In this document: piece by piece, positions 59,624 to 64,000 of the stretch
How positions within the stretch are numbered: the first letter of the stretch is position 1
Layout: each line of letters starts with the position of its first letter
Assembly: GCA_963735595.1 (NCBI GenBank)
Contig: CAVTLK010000001.1
Coordinates: 768,001 to 832,000, forward strand
DNA length: 64,000 nucleotides
Reading direction: 5' to 3'
Source of the DNA: an uncultured delta proteobacterium
GTDB lineage: Bacteria > Desulfobacterota > Zymogenia > Zymogenales > Zymogenaceae
Made by a program: the position numbers and the translations under genes
Notes under the pieces: model-generated
What the model was told of the DNA's origin: nothing
Seen by the model: only the letters and a program-made list of their open reading frames with translations
The model's database searches: none

Positions 59624-60778
59624 CTATTCCACCTGCAGGCGTACCATATCGCCGAGGATGATGTCGCTATTGGACTTATTGACTACCGCGGTCGAGGTGA
59701 ACTCATCTGCCTTGAGCACCACGATTTGACCGATAACGTCGGGAGGGTAGATCAGCCCTTCTCTCTCAAGCTCCTCGGTGGAGGTGTTGCTTTCCAGCAT
59801 ATCCTGGTACTCCTCGGCGCTTAGGCTCCCCCGGTCATACTCCTCTCGTATCCGCAGGATATCAAAGACATTGCCCGTCTGGACCCCGTCGGCATAGCCC
59901 CGGTCGATATAGACGATATCGTTTTCGGCTATCATCGGGTCTTCCATGTAGTACTTTTCCGACGAGAGGGTGTAGACGATATAGCCGACGACGGGATCGA
60001 TGCCCTTGTGCACCCGGATCGTCCTCACGGACGGCTCAAACGGCCTGACCCGATCGTCGATCATGATGACGTCGTTGGCGCTGGTGATTACCGCGGCGGC
60101 GGTCTTGGCGCCGATGGACGTTACCTCAAGCTCGCCGACGATAGTGATGGCGTATCCCACCGTGCCGAGGGTAGCGGGATGTTTGATCTTCTCGGCCACC
60201 CTGAAGATAGTGAAACGATCCCCCCGCCTGATCGTCACCAGCCGTTTATGGGGAAGCTTGATGAAGACGATATTGTCGTCGGTCAGCAGCTTCTTTGTCT
60301 CCCGGGTATGATCGATAGTGCCCGAATCCTCCAGGTCTTTCCTGGTGATGAACCCCGCATTGAGCACCTTGGGGATATAGTAGACATCGGAAGGTTCCAT
60401 TACGAACTTCTCTTCCGTGCTCACCGGAGGAAGAGCGACCGGCGGGAGGGTCTCGGGATACGTGACGACCTCTTCCGGCATCTTCCGAATGACCGGCCCG
60501 GCCTCCTCGACGGGCTTTGGAGCTGCCTCTTCGAGGATGAGCTGCTGGCCCGGACTGATAACATTGGGGTCCTTGATCTGGGGATTGAGCTCCCAGATCA
60601 CCGGCCACTTATTCGGGTCCTGATAGGCATCACCCGATATGTCCCAGAGCGTATCCCCTTCCTTGATAATGTAGACACGGGTGTCGGGGCTGGTGGCGGG
60701 CGGGGTTTCCTGAGCCCATGCCAGCGCCCCGATCAGGACGATTGCCGAAAGACCTAAGATAAACGATGTCTTTTTCAT
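59624..60778 (-). CDS. Exported LysM peptidoglycan-binding protein
   Basis: Signal peptide; IKEGDTLWDIS...WPVIWELN..I.DPNVI.PG; common position upstream of dprA. Confidence 0.88.
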   Translation of the reverse strand: MKKTSFILGLSAIVLIGALAWAQETPPATSPDTRVYIIKEGDTLWDISGDAYQDPNKWPVIWELNPQIKDPNVISPGQQLILEEAAPKPVEEAGPVIRKMPEEVVTYPETLPPVALPPVSTEEKFVMEPSDVYYIPKVLNAGFITRKDLEDSGTIDHTRETKKLLTDDNIVFIKLPHKRLVTIRRGDRFTIFRVAEKIKHPATLGTVGYAITIVGELEVTSIGAKTAAAVITSANDVIMIDDRVRPFEPSVRTIRVHKGIDPVVGYIVYTLSSEKYYMEDPMIAENDIVYIDRGYADGVQTGNVFDILRIREEYDRGSLSAEEYQDMLESNTSTEELEREGLIYPPDVIGQIVVLKADEFTSTAVVNKSNSDIILGDMVRLQVE

Positions 60779-60806
60779 AGCGATCTTCCACGTATGTGTT
60801 TTCAAT

Positions 60807-61616
60807 CTATTTCATCTTCTCCCGCGCCAGATCGGCTGCCGAGCTGTCGGGAAACGTCGTGACGACCGAACTGAACGTCTCCCGAGCGCGGGCGGGATCC
60901 CCGATCTTTTCGTAGCAGAATCCTATCTTCAGCAGCGCGTCGGGCGCCTTGTCTTTCCCCGGAAAACGCTCCGTTACTCCCCTGAACTGATCAAGGGCCT
61001 TCTGGTAGTCGCTCATCAAGTAATAGCATTCGCCGATCCAGTAAGACGCGTTGTCGGTAAGCTCGTCGCTCGGGTAGGTTTTCACGAATTCGACGAAGAG
61101 CGGCAGAGCGGTTTCGGCCTTTCTGTCCATGACTTCCGAGAGCGCCCGGTCATAAAGGGCCTGGGCGTCTTTCGGGCCGCCCCCGGCGGGGGAAACAGCA
61201 GGCTCCCCGACGGGACCCGCGACCGCGGGGGAATCCTCTCCGTGCGAGGGAATAGGCGCCGCGCCGTCGGGAGGGGGCGTGGTTGTCCCCGGTCCGGGGA
61301 TATCGTTTACCGGCCGGTCGATTGTTTCCTCTTCAACCGGCTTTCGCGCCGTGCCCGTAAGGTACGCATCGAGGGCCTTTTCGCTCCGCTCCGTCCGTTC
61401 GTTGATCTCGGCTACCTCCCGGGTCAGATCCGAGAGCTTCTTCTCGAGGTCGACGATGCTGCGCTCCATCTCTCTGATCGTGGCGGTATCGCCCGATCCG
61501 GTATTTCCGGTCGTCATCTCACATCCGAAGACACCGGCCAAAAGCGCACCGAGACAGGCCGCACAGATAACGTGGAATCCCCTTATCCGCTTTATCCGCT
61601 TTATCCGACGCCCCAT
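60807..61616 (-). CDS. cpoB: Tol-Pal-associated CpoB/YbgF-like protein
   Basis: Lipobox-like GVFGC, coiled coil and TPR domain (NASYWIGE, KAPDALLKIG). Confidence 0.82.
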   Translation of the reverse strand: MGRRIKRIKRIRGFHVICAACLGALLAGVFGCEMTTGNTGSGDTATIREMERSIVDLEKKLSDLTREVAEINERTERSEKALDAYLTGTARKPVEEETIDRPVNDIPGPGTTTPPPDGAAPIPSHGEDSPAVAGPVGEPAVSPAGGGPKDAQALYDRALSEVMDRKAETALPLFVEFVKTYPSDELTDNASYWIGECYYLMSDYQKALDQFRGVTERFPGKDKAPDALLKIGFCYEKIGDPARARETFSSVVTTFPDSSAADLAREKMK

Positions 61617-61866
61617 CGCCCCCCCGCGATTCCCGAGGTCCGATAACATCTTCTCCGGCCCCGGCAGTTCATCAACGCAAGGCGCGTAATCATAGCCTCC
61701 TTTATTACATAACCGATTTTATTGCCTTTGTCAAGCATTTAGGGGATAAGTTTTCACTTTGTATTCCGACCCGACCGTGATATAAAGGAACATGGGTCAA
61801 TCGATACGATTTTCGAGGAACATCCCGGTAATGGGCCTGTCATATGCGAAAGGAGGAATTCATACC

Positions 61867-62832
61867 ATGAAAAGAAGAAACGGCATATTAACGATACTTG
61901 CGGTCATGCTGATGCTTGCGTTTGCGCTCACGTGCTGCAGCAAGAAAGAGGCCGCGCTGGAAGGCTATACGGGCGGTGAGATGTCCGACAAGAGCCTTGT
62001 CGGGGAGCCCGCCATGATGGAGGCGCTCTCCCCCGCCCCGGCGGTCGCCCCGCCGCCTCCACCGACGGATACCTCCACCGCACCGGCCACGGTCCCGGAC
62101 CCGACAACCAAGAAACGTAAGATCATCAAGACCGCCGAGATCACCATCGAAGTGAAAAGCTTTGAGGACTCCCTTACGAAAGTCAGGGAGATTATGAAGG
62201 AGATGGCACCCGGCGAGCAGGACGGCTTCATCGCCGATTCCTCGTCATCGAAATCTGAGACGGGCGCCACGACCGGCACCGTCATCATCCGAATCAGCCC
62301 CAATAAATTCGACCTCCTGGTCGATAAGCTCATGGCCGTCGGGGACGTGAAGTATCAGCGGATCGCCGGTGAGGACGTTACCAAGGAATACTACGACCTG
62401 CAGGCCAGGCTCAGCAGCAAGCAGGAGATGGAAAAACGGCTCATCCAGTTGCTTGCCACCAGGACCAACAGCGTGTCGGACCTGTTGGAAGTGGAGAGGG
62501 AGCTTGGAAGGGTCAGGGAAGAGATCGAGAGTATCCAGGGGACGCTCAGGTACTACGACGACATGGTGGGGATGTCTACCGTCAACCTGACGATCCAGGA
62601 ACCGGAGTCGGTCGTCTCGGGAGCGGGCGGCTTCTGGGGGCCGATCAAACAGGCCGTCACCCGTTCCTTCGAGGTATTCGGCAAATCCATCGCCGCCATG
62701 ATCATTTTCGTCATGGGCGTGCTCCCGTGGGCCATTGTCGCGTACGTCGTCTTCCTCATCGTTAGAAAGATCATACGAAAACGGCGCGCCAGGGCACAGC
62801 AGACCGTATCCGCCAAGCCCAAGGCAAAGTAG
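61867..62832 (+). CDS. DUF4349-domain lipoprotein
   Basis: RKIIKTA, EDVT.EYYDL.AR, VERELGRVR.EIE and C-terminal TM. Confidence 0.88.
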   Translation: MKRRNGILTILAVMLMLAFALTCCSKKEAALEGYTGGEMSDKSLVGEPAMMEALSPAPAVAPPPPPTDTSTAPATVPDPTTKKRKIIKTAEITIEVKSFEDSLTKVREIMKEMAPGEQDGFIADSSSSKSETGATTGTVIIRISPNKFDLLVDKLMAVGDVKYQRIAGEDVTKEYYDLQARLSSKQEMEKRLIQLLATRTNSVSDLLEVERELGRVREEIESIQGTLRYYDDMVGMSTVNLTIQEPESVVSGAGGFWGPIKQAVTRSFEVFGKSIAAMIIFVMGVLPWAIVAYVVFLIVRKIIRKRRARAQQTVSAKPKAK

Positions 62833-62851
62833 CGGCACCAACCGACCAGTC

Positions 62852-62886
62852 AAGGGGGAGAGGGCGGCGCCCCTCCCCTTTTTTTT
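62852..62886 (+). terminator. Intrinsic terminator
   Basis: AAGGGGGAGAGGGC-GG-CGCCCCTCCCC followed by T8. Confidence 0.75.
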
Positions 62887-62899
62887 GGACGCAGCCCCT

Positions 62900-64000
62900 A
62901 TGTGTGACATACCCCTTCATACCGTCATCCCCCGTTACGACCGCCTGAGGTCGGTAATCCTCCAGACCGGCGCCCGGGTCTACCTGGTCGGCGGCGCCGT
63001 CCGTGACTTCCTCCTGGGAAGGCCCTCGTATGATTTTGACTTTATCGTCTTTGACGACCCCGGAGCGTTCTCCCGCACGATCGCGACGGCACTCGGGGCG
63101 CGTCTCGTGGTACTGGACGACCGCGAGCGGATCTACCGCGTGGTTTCGCGCGGCGTCGAATACGACTTCTCCGCCCCCAAGGGGCCCGACCTCCCGTCGG
63201 ACCTGGCGATGCGGGATTTCACGATCAATGCCCTTGCCGCCGATGCGTCAATTTCGCCGTCGCCCGTCGCGGGGATTGCCGGGGGGCTGGACGACCTTGC
63301 CGCCGGAATCATACGGGCAGCCTCGGACGGCGCGTTCGCCGACGATCCGCTGCGCCTCCTGCGGGCCTTTCGGCTGGCGGCGGTCCTCGGCTTTTCCATC
63401 GACGGCCAAACCATGCGGCAGATCGCCCGGCAGCGCGGCCTGATCGGCGGCTGCGCCCGCGAGCGCGTCAGGGACGAGCTGGCCAGGCTCCTCGCCGCGC
63501 CCCGGGCCTGCCGGGCGATAGAGGCGATGGACGAGACGGGGCTCCTTGCGGCGATCATTCCCGAGACCGGCACCATGAAGGGGGTCGATCAGAATCGGTG
63601 GCACAGCCACGACGTGTGGGGGCACTGCCTGGCGACGATGAGGGAGATGGAGACGGTCACCGCCGACCTCGAGCGCTTTTTCCCCGGACGGGGGCAGCGG
63701 CTGGCCGATTATTTTGCGACGCCGCTGGGCGGAGGATGGAAACGGGGGGCGCTTTCCAAACTCGTGGCGCTGCTCCACGATGTCGGCAAACCCGAAACAC
63801 GGGTTGTCGGCGACGGCGACCAAGCCTCGTTCCACGGACACGAAAACGTCGGCGCCGAGGTCTTTTCGGTGATCGGTCGGCGTATCCTCCTCGGTAAGAA
63901 GGCCTCCCGTTTCGGGAGGCTCCTTATCAAAAACCACATGCGCCTGTTGTCGCTTGCCGTCTCGCAAACGGTGACGAAACGGGCGGTCGTCCGCCTCTTC
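62900..64000 (+). CDS. CCA-adding enzyme / poly(A) polymerase family with HD domain (runs off the window; not in the ORF track)
   Basis: YLVGGAVRDFLLG..DFD, RDFTINAL, DDPLRLLRAFR, ERVRDE and LLHDVGKP in one open frame. Confidence 0.92.
   Translation, partial: MCDIPLHTVIPRYDRLRSVILQTGARVYLVGGAVRDFLLGRPSYDFDFIVFDDPGAFSRTIATALGARLVVLDDRERIYRVVSRGVEYDFSAPKGPDLPSDLAMRDFTINALAADASISPSPVAGIAGGLDDLAAGIIRAASDGAFADDPLRLLRAFRLAAVLGFSIDGQTMRQIARQRGLIGGCARERVRDELARLLAAPRACRAIEAMDETGLLAAIIPETGTMKGVDQNRWHSHDVWGHCLATMREMETVTADLERFFPGRGQRLADYFATPLGGGWKRGALSKLVALLHDVGKPETRVVGDGDQASFHGHENVGAEVFSVIGRRILLGKKASRFGRLLIKNHMRLLSLAVSQTVTKRAVVRLF

Noticed and set aside
61582..61607. 9-bp tandem repeat (TTTATCCGC x~3) in the cpoB N-terminus as a phase-variation tract
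   Set aside because: The unit is a multiple of 3 and only adds RIK to the signal n-region.

Overview
GC-rich (roughly 60%) chromosomal segment from an anaerobic bacterium; gene content suggests Desulfobacterota/'Deltaproteobacteria' (inference). About 57 CDS. I found no rRNA, tRNA, CRISPR array, prophage or transposase. Main blocks: (i) cysteine desulfidase-like gene, corA, CAAX protease, azlCD and an acyl-CoA synthetase; (ii) a ~13-kb minus-strand redox/oxidative-stress cluster (Prx, TlpA, ferritin-like, dfx, Rieske, tpx, Grx-TrxR fusion, a UPYC glutaredoxin and a rubredoxin that the ORF track truncates or misses, Isf-ArsC fusion, SufBC/SmsBC, CopZ, Mo-enzyme, YyaL); (iii) IolD-like ThDP enzyme, aldehyde dehydrogenase and IlvD/Edd dehydratase; (iv) tex, gamma-carbonic anhydrase, 2-oxoacid:ferredoxin oxidoreductase, glpD, archaeal-type ppcA, racemase and tandem URO-D paralogs; (v) a housekeeping block (cutA, trmFO, topA, dprA, LysM, cpoB, CCA-type enzyme). 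Best leads: a 1022-aa protein whose class III nucleotidyl cyclase domain is split by a long coiled coil and has non-canonical specificity residues; a probable selenoprotein glutaredoxin with a SECIS-like hairpin; a diverged 267-bp inverted copy of the ppcA-racemase junction bracketing 4.3 kb; and two families of intergenic palindromic repeats. About 13 single-base frameshifts in 8 genes most likely reflect long-read assembly errors.
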